Origin: a virus
Taxonomy: Duplodnaviria; Heunggongvirae; Uroviricota; Caudoviricetes
Reading direction: 5' to 3' (one strand)
Length of the DNA: 11,159 nucleotides
Virus record (IMG/VR): IMGVR_UViG_2516143027_000007
The notes beneath the pieces are model-generated. The model was given only the letters and a program-made list of their open reading frames with translations, was not told the DNA's origin and made no database searches. The translations under genes were made by a program, and so were the position numbers. Position 1 is the first letter of the stretch, and each line of letters starts with the position of its first letter. Shown in pieces: positions 1 through 7,979 of the stretch.

Positions 1-567
1 ATGCTTATTGGCTATGTACGCGTGTCAACAAATGACCAGAACACCGATTTGCAACGTAATGCACTGAACTGCGCGGGATGTGAGCGGATTTTTGAGGACA
101 AAATCAGTGGCACTAAGTCCGACAGACCGGGGCTGAAAAAACTGCTCAGGACACTATCGGCAGGAGACACGCTGGTTGTCTGGAAGCTGGACAGGTTGGG
201 GCGCAGTATGCGGCATCTTGTTACGCTGATAGAAGAGTTGCGCCAGCGTGGTGTGAATTTCAGAAGCCTGACTGACAGTATTGATACCAGTACCCCAATG
301 GGCCGTTTCTTTTTTCATGTCATGGGTGCCCTGGCTGAAATGGAACGCGAACTGATAGTTGAACGTACCAGGGCGGGGCTGGCTGCAGCTCGTGCTAAAG
401 GCAGAGTAGGTGGACGCCGTCCTAAGTTGACCACCGAACAGTGGGCACAGATTGGACGTTTACTCGAGGCCGGAGAATCAAGACAGCGTATTGCACTGAT
501 TTTTGATGTAGGCGTTTCTACCATTTATAGAAAATTTCCGGCAAATAAGAGCAATGAATCTCCCTGA
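1..567 (+). CDS. Serine-recombinase DNA invertase, Gin/Pin/Cin/Hin family (188 aa, complete)
   Basis: N-terminus MLIGYVRVSTNDQNTDLQRNAL with catalytic Ser in the RVST motif; near-collinear with phage Mu Gin as I recall it (TLVVWKLDRLGRSM, SLTDSIDTS, MGRFFFHVMGALAEMERELI, GRxGGRxPKLT); C-terminal HTH (ALIFDVGVSTIYRK). ATG is at position 1, so any upstream recombination site is outside the window. Confidence 0.93.
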   Translation: MLIGYVRVSTNDQNTDLQRNALNCAGCERIFEDKISGTKSDRPGLKKLLRTLSAGDTLVVWKLDRLGRSMRHLVTLIEELRQRGVNFRSLTDSIDTSTPMGRFFFHVMGALAEMERELIVERTRAGLAAARAKGRVGGRRPKLTTEQWAQIGRLLEAGESRQRIALIFDVGVSTIYRKFPANKSNESP

Positions 568-609
568 ATCAGCATTATTTTGATTATCCTTGCAAGCAGA
601 CAAATACCG

Positions 610-709
610 TCATTTTGTGTGAATAACGGTACAACTGCGCTTAGCTGTTTGTCAGGCACAATCACTTCAACATAGGGCGAAGCCTAATCCAATCAGGAGG
701 TTCGCCACT
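610..709 (+). promoter_or_regulatory. P2-type late promoter (PF-like) for the FI operon, with an Ogr/Delta activator site
   Basis: Exact TGT-N12-ACA dyad at 616-633 (TGTgtgaataacggtACA), the known binding motif of P2 Ogr-family activators (centred near -55 in P2 late promoters). This would put the start site near 675-685. SD caggagg at 694-700 precedes the FI ATG at 710. The -10/-35 hexamers are not confidently assignable. Confidence 0.7.
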
Positions 710-1882
710 ATGGCTCAGGATTACCACCACGGGGTGCGCGTTGTTGAAGTCAACGAAGGCACCCGATCCATTACCACGGTGAGCACCGCCATCGTGGGTA
801 TGGTCTGCACGGGCGATGATGCCGATGCAAAAATGTTTCCTCTTAATAAACCCGTGCTGATCACTGATGTGCTGACTGCCAGCGGTAAAGCGGGTGAGTC
901 CGGTACTCTGGCCCGTTCGCTGGATGCCATCGCTGACCAGGCAAAACCCGTGACCGTTGTTGTGCGTGTGCCGCAGGGTGAAACGGAAGAAGAAACCACG
1001 ACCAATATCATCGGCGCAGTGACTGCTGAAGGTAAAAAAACAGGCATGAAAGCTCTGTTATCTGCCCAGTCACAGCTCGGCGTTAAACCGCGCATTCTCG
1101 GCGTGCCAGGCCACGATAACAAAGCCGTTGCGACTGAGTTGCTGAGCGTGGCGCAAAGCCTGCGTGGGTTTGCTTACCTGTCAGCGTATGGCTGCAAGAC
1201 GGTACAGGAGGCGATCACTTACCGTGAAAACTTCAGCCAGCGCGAAGGGATGCTGATCTGGCCTGACTTTACGGGCTGGGACACGGTGCTGAATGCCGAA
1301 GCAACGGCATATGCCACCGCCCGTGCGCTTGGTCTGCGTGCCAAAATTGATGAGCAGACTGGGTGGCACAAAAGCCTGTCCAACGTGGGCGTGAACGGTG
1401 TCACCGGAATTTCTGCAGATGTGTTCTGGGATCTGCAGGACCCGGCAACCGATGCGGGTCTGCTGAACCAGAACGACGTCACCACGCTTGTGCGTAAAGA
1501 CGGTTTCCGCTTCTGGGGTTCCCGCTGCCTGAGTGATGACCCGCTCTTTGCCTTCGAAAACTACACCCGCACGGCGCAGGTGCTGACGGACACAATGGCA
1601 GAAGCGCACATGTGGGCAGTGGACAAACCGCTGAACCCGTCGCTGGCGCGCGACATTATCGAGGGCATCCGCGCCAAAATGCGCAGCCTGGTCAGTCAGG
1701 GGTATCTCATTGGTGGTGATTGCTGGCTGGACGAGTCGGTGAACGACAAAGACACTCTGAAAGCCGGAAAACTCACCATCGACTACGACTACACGCCAGT
1801 GCCGCCACTTGAAAACCTGATGTTGCGTCAGCGCATCACCGATCAGTACCTGGTGAATTTCGCCAGCCAGGTCAGCGCGTAA
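710..1882 (+). CDS. FI: Contractile tail sheath protein (P2 gpFI homologue), 390 aa
   Basis: N-terminus [19 protein letters not shown] and blocks such as [51 protein letters not shown] match my recollection of P2 FI; good SD; first gene after the late promoter. Confidence 0.95.
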   Translation: MAQDYHHGVRVVEVNEGTRSITTVSTAIVGMVCTGDDADAKMFPLNKPVLITDVLTASGKAGESGTLARSLDAIADQAKPVTVVVRVPQGETEEETTTNIIGAVTAEGKKTGMKALLSAQSQLGVKPRILGVPGHDNKAVATELLSVAQSLRGFAYLSAYGCKTVQEAITYRENFSQREGMLIWPDFTGWDTVLNAEATAYATARALGLRAKIDEQTGWHKSLSNVGVNGVTGISADVFWDLQDPATDAGLLNQNDVTTLVRKDGFRFWGSRCLSDDPLFAFENYTRTAQVLTDTMAEAHMWAVDKPLNPSLARDIIEGIRAKMRSLVSQGYLIGGDCWLDESVNDKDTLKAGKLTIDYDYTPVPPLENLMLRQRITDQYLVNFASQVSA

Positions 1883-1891
1883 GGGGACAAC

Positions 1892-2407
1892 ATGGCTTTA
1901 CCACGCAAATTAAAACATCTGAACCTGTTTAACGACGGGAACAACTGGCAGGGGATCGTTGAGTCGCTGACGCTGCCGAAATTCACCCGCAAATATGAGA
2001 AGTATCGCGGCGGCGGTATGCCGGGGGCGGTGGATGTGGATCTGGGACTGGATGACAGTGCACTGGATACAGAATTTTCCATTGGTGGTACGGAACTGCT
2101 GCTGTTTAAGCAGATGGGCAAAGCCACGGTGGATGGCATCCAGCTGCGCTTTACCGGCTCTATCCAGCGTGACGATACCGGGGAAGTGCAGGCCGTGGAG
2201 CTTGTGGTGCGTGGACGTCACAAAGAAGTGGATTCCGGCGAGTGGAAGACGGGCGAAAGCAACACCACCAAAGTGACCAGTACCAACAGCTACGCGAAGC
2301 TGACCATCGATGGTGAGGTGCTCTATGAAGTGGACCTTATCAACATGGTGGAAATTGTGGACGGTGTGGACCTGATGGAAGCGCACCGCAACGCCCTCGG
2401 CCTCTGA
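1892..2407 (+). CDS. FII: Tail tube protein (P2 gpFII homologue), 171 aa
   Basis: Immediately follows FI with SD aagggga 5-11 nt upstream of the ATG; size and position typical for a P2 tube protein; MALPRKLKHLNLFNDG N-terminus. Confidence 0.93.
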   Translation: MALPRKLKHLNLFNDGNNWQGIVESLTLPKFTRKYEKYRGGGMPGAVDVDLGLDDSALDTEFSIGGTELLLFKQMGKATVDGIQLRFTGSIQRDDTGEVQAVELVVRGRHKEVDSGEWKTGESNTTKVTSTNSYAKLTIDGEVLYEVDLINMVEIVDGVDLMEAHRNALGL

Positions 2408-2418
2408 TGTATCTGAAC

Positions 2419-2436
2419 GGCGCGGGATACCGCGCC
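2419..2436 (+). other. GC-rich stem-loop between FII and E (7-bp perfect stem GGCGCGG / CCGCGCC, 4-nt loop GATA); no U-tract follows
   Basis: Seen directly: ggcgcgg-gata-ccgcgcc at 2419-2436, 12 nt after the FII stop and 26 nt before the E start. Function is inferred. Confidence 0.5.
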
Positions 2437-2461
2437 AGAACCCAATTTACAGGACAGCAAA

Positions 2462-2764
2462 ATGAGTGATAAGCAGACTGAAAAGACCATTCAACTGGAT
2501 ACCCCCATCAAGCGCGGTAAAACAGAAATCACCGAAATTGTGCTGCGTAAACCGCAGTCCGGTGCGCTGCGCGGTACACGCCTGCAGGCCATTATGGATA
2601 TGGATGTGAACGCGATGATGACCGTGATCCCCCGCATCTCCAGTCCGGCACTGACTGCACAGGAAATTGCAGAGATGGACCCGGCAGATCTCACTGCCAT
2701 GTCGGTTGAGGTTGTCACTTTTTTGTTGAAGAAGTCGGTGCTTGCCGGTTTACCGACAGCCTGA
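2462..2764 (+). CDS. E: Tail assembly chaperone gpE (zero-frame product), 100 aa
   Basis: Small ORF between the tube and tape-measure genes, SD agga 8 nt upstream; slippery heptamer near its 3' end, the conserved arrangement for tail assembly chaperones. Confidence 0.85.
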   Translation: MSDKQTEKTIQLDTPIKRGKTEITEIVLRKPQSGALRGTRLQAIMDMDVNAMMTVIPRISSPALTAQEIAEMDPADLTAMSVEVVTFLLKKSVLAGLPTA

Positions 2765-2898
2765 CGGTTGACGATCTGGTGGCTGATATCGCCACCATCT
2801 TTCACTGGCCGCCATCCGTTACTGACGTTATGCCGCTGACCGAAGTGCTGGAATGGCGGTATAAAGCGATTCAGAGAAGCGGGGCCAACGATGAGTGA
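2462..2898 (+). CDS. E+E': gpE+E' fusion made by programmed -1 ribosomal frameshift at T-TTT-TTG (2719-2725); the -1 frame then runs open to TGA at 2896-2898
   Basis: Hand-checked: zero-frame codons act-ttt-ttg at 2717-2725; shifting -1 and reading from 2725 (gtt gaa gaa gtc ...) gives 57 sense codons with no stop before 2896. The extension overlaps the T start (ATG 2891). Same architecture as P2 E/E' and lambda G/GT. Confidence 0.8.
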
Positions 2899-5800
2899 TA
2901 ATAACCTGCGCCTGCAGGTCATTCTTAATGCGGTTGACAAACTCACCCGCCCATTCCGTGCTGCACAGGCCAGTTCGAAAGAGCTGGCTGGCGCAATCAG
3001 AAACTCCCGTGACGCATTAAAGCAACTCAATCAGGCGGGTAACAGCCTGGAAAAATTTCGCAAGCTGCAAGCCGATAACAAGAAGTTAGGCGACAGGCTG
3101 AACTATGCCAGACAGAAGGCTAATTTGCTTAGCTCTGAGCTGGAGTCGATGGAACAACCATCACAACGGCACCTTGTGGCTTTAGGTCGGCAAACGCTGG
3201 CAGTCCAACGCCTGGAAGAACAACAAAAATATTTGCAGAAGCAAACGGCGCTTGTGCGTGCAGAACTGTACCGGGCGGGAATTTCTGCGAAAGATGATGC
3301 GGGAGCAACTGCCCGTTTAGCCCGTGAAACATCACGTTATAACCAGGAACTGTTGAAACAGGAGGCGCGGCTGAAGCGACTGGGGGAAGCTCAGCGCAGG
3401 ATGAATGCAGCGCGTGCCAGTTATGCCCGTTCGCTGGAGGTGCGCGATCGCATCGCAGGAGCCGGAGCCACCACCACGGCTGCAGGGCTGGCAATGGGTG
3501 CGCCAGTGATGGCGGCAGTAAAAAGCTATACCAGCATGGAAGATGCCATGAAAGGTGTGGCAAAGCAGGTCAATGGTCTGCGTGACGATAATGGCAATCG
3601 CACTGCGCGTTTTTATGAAATGCAGGATGCCATCAAGGCTGCCAGCGAACAGTTACCGATGGAAAATGGTGCTGTGGACTTCGCCGCACTGGTTGAAGGT
3701 GGTGCGCGCATGAACGTCGCAAACCCTGACGACAGCTGGGAAGACCAGAAACGTGACCTTTTGGCCTTTGCCAGCACGGCAGCAAAGGCGGCAACAGCTT
3801 TTGAGCTGCCAGCGGATGAACTGTCAGAAAGTCTGGGGAAAATCGCCCAGCTCTACAAAATCCCTACCCGCAATATTGAACAGCTCGGTGATGCGCTGAA
3901 CTATCTGGATGATAACGCCATGTCGAAAGGGGCAGACATTATTGATGTCATGCAACGTCTGGGCGGTGTGGCTGACCGTCTGGATTATCGTAAAGCGGCG
4001 GCACTGGGTTCCACCTTTCTGACACTGGGCGCTGCGCCGGAGGTTGCAGCCAGTGCAGCAAACGCGATGGTGCGTGAATTGTCCATTGCCACCATGCAAA
4101 GCAAGAGTTTCTTTGAAGGGATGAATCTGCTGAAACTCAATCCTGAAGTGATTGAAAAGCAGATGACGAAGGATGCGATGGGAACTATCCAGCGTGTGCT
4201 GGAGAAGGTGAACGCGCTGCCGCAGGACAAGCGTCTGTCTGCCATGACCATGTTGTTTGGTAAAGAGTTTGGCGATGACGCGGCGAAACTGGCAAACAAC
4301 CTGCCGGAACTACAGCGCCAGCTAAAACTGACAGCGGGCAATGATGCGCTCGGTTCCATGCAGAAAGAGTCCGACATCAACAAAGACTCACTTTCTGCTC
4401 AGTGGTTGCTAGTCAAAACCGGAGCGCAGAACACCTTCAGCAGCCTGGGCGAAACGCTGCGTCAGCCGCTGATGGATATTCTGTACACGGTGAAAAGCAT
4501 TACGGGGGCGTTGCGCCGCTGGGTGGAAGCTAACCCGGAACTGACGGGCACACTGATGAAAGTAGCGGCTGTTGTGGCTGCGGTTACCGTAGGCCTCGGC
4601 ACCTTAGCGGTGGCGCTGGCTGCAGTGCTGGGGCCGCTGGCAGTGATCCGTCTGGGATTCTCTGTGCTGGGTATCAAAACGTTACCTTCCGTTACTGCAG
4701 CAGTAACTCGAACCAGCAGCGCGTTGTCCTGGCTGGCTGGCGCACCACTGGCACTGCTGCGACGCGGGCTTGCTTCATCGGGCAACGCAGCGGGTTTACT
4801 TACTGCTCCGTTGTCATCTTTGCGTCGCACGGCATCACTGACGGGGAATGTCCTGAAAACTGTAGCAGGTGCGCCGGTTGCACTTTTGCGGTCTGGATTA
4901 TCCGGTTTACGTGCTGTTGCTGTGATGTTTATGAATCCACTGGCAGCACTACGCGGTGGGCTGGCTGCCGCAGGCGCGGTGCTGCGTGTGCTCGCATCCG
5001 GCCCGCTGGCGATGTTGCGCATTGCCCTGTATGCCGTATCTGGTCTGTTAGGTGCTCTGCTCAGTCCGATAGGTCTTGTGGTTACTGCACTGGCGGGCGT
5101 GGCGCTGGTTGTCTGGAAATACTGGCAACCCATCACCGCATTTCTCGGTGGCGTGGTGGAAGGATTCAAAGCGGCGGCAGGTCCCATCAGTGCAGCATTC
5201 GAACCACTTAAGCCTGTGTTTCAGTGGATTGGCGACAAAGTGCAGGCGTTGTGGGGCTGGTTTACTGATCTGCTGACGCCCGTTAAGTCGACCTCTGCCG
5301 AACTGCAGAGCGCAGCGGCAATGGGGCGACGATTCGGGGAGGCACTGGCGGAAGGGCTGAATATGGTCATGCATCCGCTGGACTCCCTGAAATCCGGCGT
5401 TTCCTGGTTGCTGGAGAAACTCGGTATTGTCAGTAAAGAGGCTGCAAAGGCGAAACTGCCGGAAAGCGTGACGCGTCAGCAACCTGCGACGGTGAATGCA
5501 GACGGTAAAGTGATGATGCCATCAGGTGGTTTCCCATCATGGGGATATGGTTTTGCGGGGATGTATGACAGCGGTGGGTATATCCCGCGCGGGCAGTTTG
5601 GCATTGTCGGTGAAAACGGGCCTGAAATTGTCAACGGCCCGGCAAACGTGACCAGCCGGAGAAATACAGCTGCACTGGCTGCCGTTGTTGCCGGAATGAT
5701 GGGTGTTGCTGCCGCGCCAGCAGAGCTTCCACCGTTGCACCCTTTGGCATTTCCCGCGAAAGGCGGTGAAGCGATGGTGAGTCGCGCAGCCACTGTGCCG

Positions 5801-5968
5801 CCCGTTCAACGGATTGAGGCACCGACGCAGATCATCATTCAGACGCAGCCAGGACAAAGTGTGCAGGATATTGCGCGGGAGGTGGCCCGCCAGCTTGATG
5901 AACGTGAACGCAGGCTGAAGGCAAAAGCCAGGAGTAACTACAGCGATCAGGGGGGATACGACGCATGA
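2891..5968 (+). CDS. T: Tail tape measure protein (P2 gpT homologue), 1025 aa
   Basis: Very long ORF at the tape-measure position; coiled-coil-like N-terminal region rich in Q/R/E/L/A, central repeat block, hydrophobic segment (GLLGALLSPIGLVVTALAGVALVVW), Gly-rich C-terminal region; stop overlaps the U start (ATGA at 5965-5968). Confidence 0.9.
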   Translation: MSDNNLRLQVILNAVDKLTRPFRAAQASSKELAGAIRNSRDALKQLNQAGNSLEKFRKLQADNKKLGDRLNYARQKANLLSSELESMEQPSQRHLVALGRQTLAVQRLEEQQKYLQKQTALVRAELYRAGISAKDDAGATARLARETSRYNQELLKQEARLKRLGEAQRRMNAARASYARSLEVRDRIAGAGATTTAAGLAMGAPVMAAVKSYTSMEDAMKGVAKQVNGLRDDNGNRTARFYEMQDAIKAASEQLPMENGAVDFAALVEGGARMNVANPDDSWEDQKRDLLAFASTAAKAATAFELPADELSESLGKIAQLYKIPTRNIEQLGDALNYLDDNAMSKGADIIDVMQRLGGVADRLDYRKAAALGSTFLTLGAAPEVAASAANAMVRELSIATMQSKSFFEGMNLLKLNPEVIEKQMTKDAMGTIQRVLEKVNALPQDKRLSAMTMLFGKEFGDDAAKLANNLPELQRQLKLTAGNDALGSMQKESDINKDSLSAQWLLVKTGAQNTFSSLGETLRQPLMDILYTVKSITGALRRWVEANPELTGTLMKVAAVVAAVTVGLGTLAVALAAVLGPLAVIRLGFSVLGIKTLPSVTAAVTRTSSALSWLAGAPLALLRRGLASSGNAAGLLTAPLSSLRRTASLTGNVLKTVAGAPVALLRSGLSGLRAVAVMFMNPLAALRGGLAAAGAVLRVLASGPLAMLRIALYAVSGLLGALLSPIGLVVTALAGVALVVWKYWQPITAFLGGVVEGFKAAAGPISAAFEPLKPVFQWIGDKVQALWGWFTDLLTPVKSTSAELQSAAAMGRRFGEALAEGLNMVMHPLDSLKSGVSWLLEKLGIVSKEAAKAKLPESVTRQQPATVNADGKVMMPSGGFPSWGYGFAGMYDSGGYIPRGQFGIVGENGPEIVNGPANVTSRRNTAALAAVVAGMMGVAAAPAELPPLHPLAFPAKGGEAMVSRAATVPPVQRIEAPTQIIIQTQPGQSVQDIAREVARQLDERERRLKAKARSNYSDQGGYDA
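4738..5200 (+). repeat. Degenerate in-frame tandem repeat inside T: about 7 units of 63-66 nt (21-22 aa), each starting with Pro and following P-[LIV]-x-x-L-R-x-G-L
   Basis: Counted directly: Pro codons at nt 4745, 4808, 4874, 4937, 5003, 5066, 5129 give spacings 63, 66, 63, 66, 63, 63 nt (T residues 619, 640, 662, 683, 705, 726, 747). Motifs: GAPLALLRRGL, TAPLSSLRRT, GAPVALLRSGL, NPLAALRGGL, GPLAMLRIAL, SPIGLVVTAL, QPITAFLGGV. Confidence 0.75.
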
Positions 5969-6450
5969 TGATGGTGCTGGGATTGTACGTGTTTATGCTG
6001 CGCACTGTGCCGTATCAGGAACTGCAGTATCAACGCAGCTGGCGACATGCGGCAAACAGCCGGGTCAACCGACGTCCATCCACGCAGTTTCTGGGACCGG
6101 ACAACGACATGCTGACGCTTTCTGGTGTTCTTATGCCGGAGATAACGGGCGGCAGACTGTCGTTGCTGGCTCTGGAGCAGATGGCAGAACAGGGAAAAGC
6201 ATGGCCCCTGATTGAAGGCAGCGGCACGATTTACGGCATGTATGTGATTGAGGGACTAAATCAGACTAAAACGGAGTTTTTCCGCGATGGTATGCCGCGC
6301 CGGATTGAGTTCACCCTGTCGCTCAAACGGGTGGATGAATCCCTGTCCGATATGTTCGGTGATCTCAGTGCGCAGCTGAATAATCTGCAGGACATGGCAA
6401 CGTCTGCCTTAAGCGATATCAGTAAAACGGTGGGAGGGCTGCTGTCGTGA
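5965..6450 (+). CDS. U: Tail protein gpU homologue, 161 aa
   Basis: Start ATG overlaps the T stop (translational coupling); MMMVLGLYVFM N-terminus and blocks LSGVL-PE-TGG, AWPL--G-G-IYGMYVI, RVDESL resemble P2 gpU as I recall it. Confidence 0.88.
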   Translation: MMMVLGLYVFMLRTVPYQELQYQRSWRHAANSRVNRRPSTQFLGPDNDMLTLSGVLMPEITGGRLSLLALEQMAEQGKAWPLIEGSGTIYGMYVIEGLNQTKTEFFRDGMPRRIEFTLSLKRVDESLSDMFGDLSAQLNNLQDMATSALSDISKTVGGLLS

Positions 6451-7547
6451 ATTTCAGCTCTGAACTGCTTAACAAAGGTAACAAAACTCCCGCATTCAGC
6501 ATCAGTATTGAGGGCAGGGATATCACTACTGTCCTGGATAATCGCCTGATGAGTCTGACGCTGACGGACAATCGGGGCTTTGAAGCGGACCAGCTTGATC
6601 TGGAGCTGGACGACGCCGACGGAAAAATCGTGCTGCCGCGCCGTGGGGCTGTCATTACGCTGGCGCTGGGCTGGAAGGGACAGCCGCTTTTCCCGAAAGG
6701 GGCATTCACGGTGGACGAGATTGAACACACTGGCGCACCGGACCGCCTGACTATCCGGGCGCGAAGTGCTGATTTTCGTGAAACGCTGAATACCCGCCGT
6801 GAAAAGTCGTGGCACAAGACCACCGTTGGGGAAGTGGTGAAGGAAATAGCTGCGCGGCACAAGCTGAAGATGGCACTGGGTAAAGACCTGTCGGATAAGC
6901 CCGTGGAGCATATAGACCAGACTAATGAGAGTGACGGCAGTTTTCTGATGCGGCTGGCGCGCCAGTACGGAGCTATTGCGTCGGTGAAAAATGGCAATCT
7001 GTTATTCATCCGGCAGGGACAGGGTAAAAGTGCCAGCGGTAAACCACTGCCGGTGATCACTATCACACGTAAGGACGGCGACAGTCACCGCTTTACCCTG
7101 GCAGATCGCGGAGCCTATACGGGCGTAATTGCCAGTTGGTTGCATACCCGCGAACCCGCGAAGAAAGTAAGCACAACGGTGAAGCGTAAGCGCAGGACTA
7201 AGAAGCAGAAGAAAGAGCCGGAAGCGAAGCAGGGCGATTACCTGGTGGGTACGGATGAAAACGTGCTGGTACTTAATCGCACTTATGCCAACCGGAACAA
7301 CGCCGAACGGGCAGCGAAAATGCAGTGGGAACGCCTGCAACGCGGCGTTGCATCATTCTCGCTACAACTGGCGGAAGGGCGGGCAGATCTCTACACAGAA
7401 ATGCCTGTGAAGGTCAGTGGCTTTAAACAGCCGATAGATGATGCGGAATGGACTATTACCACCCTGACGCATACTGTCAGCCCGGATAACGGTTTTACGA
7501 CCAGTCTGGAGCTTGAAGTGAAGATTGATGATTTCGAAATGGAATGA
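6447..7547 (+). CDS. D: Late control / tail protein gpD homologue, 366 aa (GTG start overlapping the U stop)
   Basis: GTG at 6447 overlaps the U stop as GTGA; position between U and ogr as in P2; size close to P2 gpD; basic K/R-rich internal stretch. Confidence 0.88.
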   Translation: MNFSSELLNKGNKTPAFSISIEGRDITTVLDNRLMSLTLTDNRGFEADQLDLELDDADGKIVLPRRGAVITLALGWKGQPLFPKGAFTVDEIEHTGAPDRLTIRARSADFRETLNTRREKSWHKTTVGEVVKEIAARHKLKMALGKDLSDKPVEHIDQTNESDGSFLMRLARQYGAIASVKNGNLLFIRQGQGKSASGKPLPVITITRKDGDSHRFTLADRGAYTGVIASWLHTREPAKKVSTTVKRKRRTKKQKKEPEAKQGDYLVGTDENVLVLNRTYANRNNAERAAKMQWERLQRGVASFSLQLAEGRADLYTEMPVKVSGFKQPIDDAEWTITTLTHTVSPDNGFTTSLELEVKIDDFEME

Positions 7548-7569
7548 TTCTTCGCAATGGAGAACTTTT

Positions 7570-7637
7570 AAGTTTGCAAAATGGAATAATGCGGTATCAT
7601 TATTGTGAATTTAGCAAAAATGGGGAGAACTCGAAAA
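7570..7637 (+). promoter_or_regulatory. Possible sigma70 promoter and SD for ogr (TTGCAA at 7575-7580, TATCAT at 7596-7601, SD GGGAGA at 7623-7628)
   Basis: Hexamers read by eye in the 90-bp D-ogr spacer; the 15-nt spacing is short, so weak. P2 ogr is known to have its own promoter. Confidence 0.3.
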
Positions 7638-7856
7638 ATGATGATTTGCCCACTGTGTGGAAGTGCCGCCCATACTCGCAGCAGTTTTCAGGTATCTTCA
7701 TTGACCAAAGAGCGTTACAACCAGTGCCAGAACATTAACTGCAGCCATACTTTTGTTACCCATGAAACTTTTGTTCGTTCGATTGCAACGCCAAAAGAGT
7801 CAAATCCGGTTCAGCCGCATCCAATGAAATCAGGACAGGTGGCGCTCTCTCTTTGA
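7638..7856 (+). CDS. ogr: Ogr-family zinc-finger late transcription activator, 72 aa
   Basis: MMICPLCGSAAHTR...ERYNQCQNINCSHTF carries the Cys-x2-Cys...Cys-x4-Cys zinc motif and closely resembles P2 Ogr (72 aa). I place the start at ATG 7638, not at the 83-aa ORF start 7605, because of the GGGAGA SD and the match to P2 Ogr length. Its TGT-N12-ACA target is at 616-633. Confidence 0.85.
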   Translation: MMICPLCGSAAHTRSSFQVSSLTKERYNQCQNINCSHTFVTHETFVRSIATPKESNPVQPHPMKSGQVALSL

Positions 7857-7936
7857 CGCTGCCGCCATTTTGTCGCCATCGTTAAAAAACAGTACTTCTA
7901 ACATCATGATTTTAAACAGCTTAAATTTCAGGCAAC

Positions 7937-7979
7937 AAAAAACCCATCAACCTTGAACCGAAATGGCGGGGTTGATGGG
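7937..7979 (-). terminator. Putative intrinsic terminator for minus-strand transcription (downstream of ybjL)
   Basis: 10-bp perfect stem CCCATCAACC (7943-7952) / GGTTGATGGG (7970-7979) with a 17-nt loop, flanked by an A6 run at 7937-7942 that is a U-tract on the minus strand. It lies 114 nt from the ybjL stop; the large loop lowers confidence. Confidence 0.45.

Larger units (their letters stand above)
1..7900 (+). mobile_element. Right arm (tail and late-control module) of a P2-like prophage; left end lies beyond the window, right end (attR) is somewhere in 7857-8092
   Basis: Collinear P2 late gene order FI-FII-E/E'-T-U-D-ogr on one strand, preceded by a Gin-family invertase and a TGT-N12-ACA late promoter, followed by conserved E. 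coli genes ybjL-ybjM-grxA-ybjC. Right boundary not resolved. Confidence 0.85.

Noticed and set aside
315-2386. ORFs overlapping the invertase, FI and FII (315-524 -, 721-1122 -, 1181-1609 -, 1219-1485 -, 1843-2139 -, 1910-2386 -, 1995-2276 +)
   Set aside because: Alternate-frame or antisense ORFs inside confidently identified genes; products are low-complexity.
2491-5187. Long minus-strand ORFs antisense to E and T (2491-3030, 3129-3563, 3824-4099, 3985-4383, 4462-5187)
   Set aside because: They lie wholly inside the well-supported + strand coding sequences, have low-complexity Ala/Ser/Pro/Arg-rich translations typical of the antisense frame of GC-rich codon-biased genes, and lack SD sequences.
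5048-5857. Further overlapping ORFs in the 3' half of T (5048-5482 -, 5076-5276 +, 5476-5793 -, 5537-5857 -, 5631-5822 -)
   Set aside because: Same reasoning: embedded in T, compositionally biased, no start signals.
6030-7340. Minus-strand ORFs antisense to U and D (6030-6227, 6261-6911, 6419-7066, 7002-7340)
   Set aside because: Embedded in the collinear U and D genes, whose overlapping start/stop coupling supports the + strand reading; no independent signals.
7544-7738. 64-aa + strand ORF spanning the D-ogr spacer and ogr 5' end
   Set aside because: Different frame from ogr, overlaps the ogr promoter and SD, no SD of its own; the 72-aa Ogr reading is much better supported.
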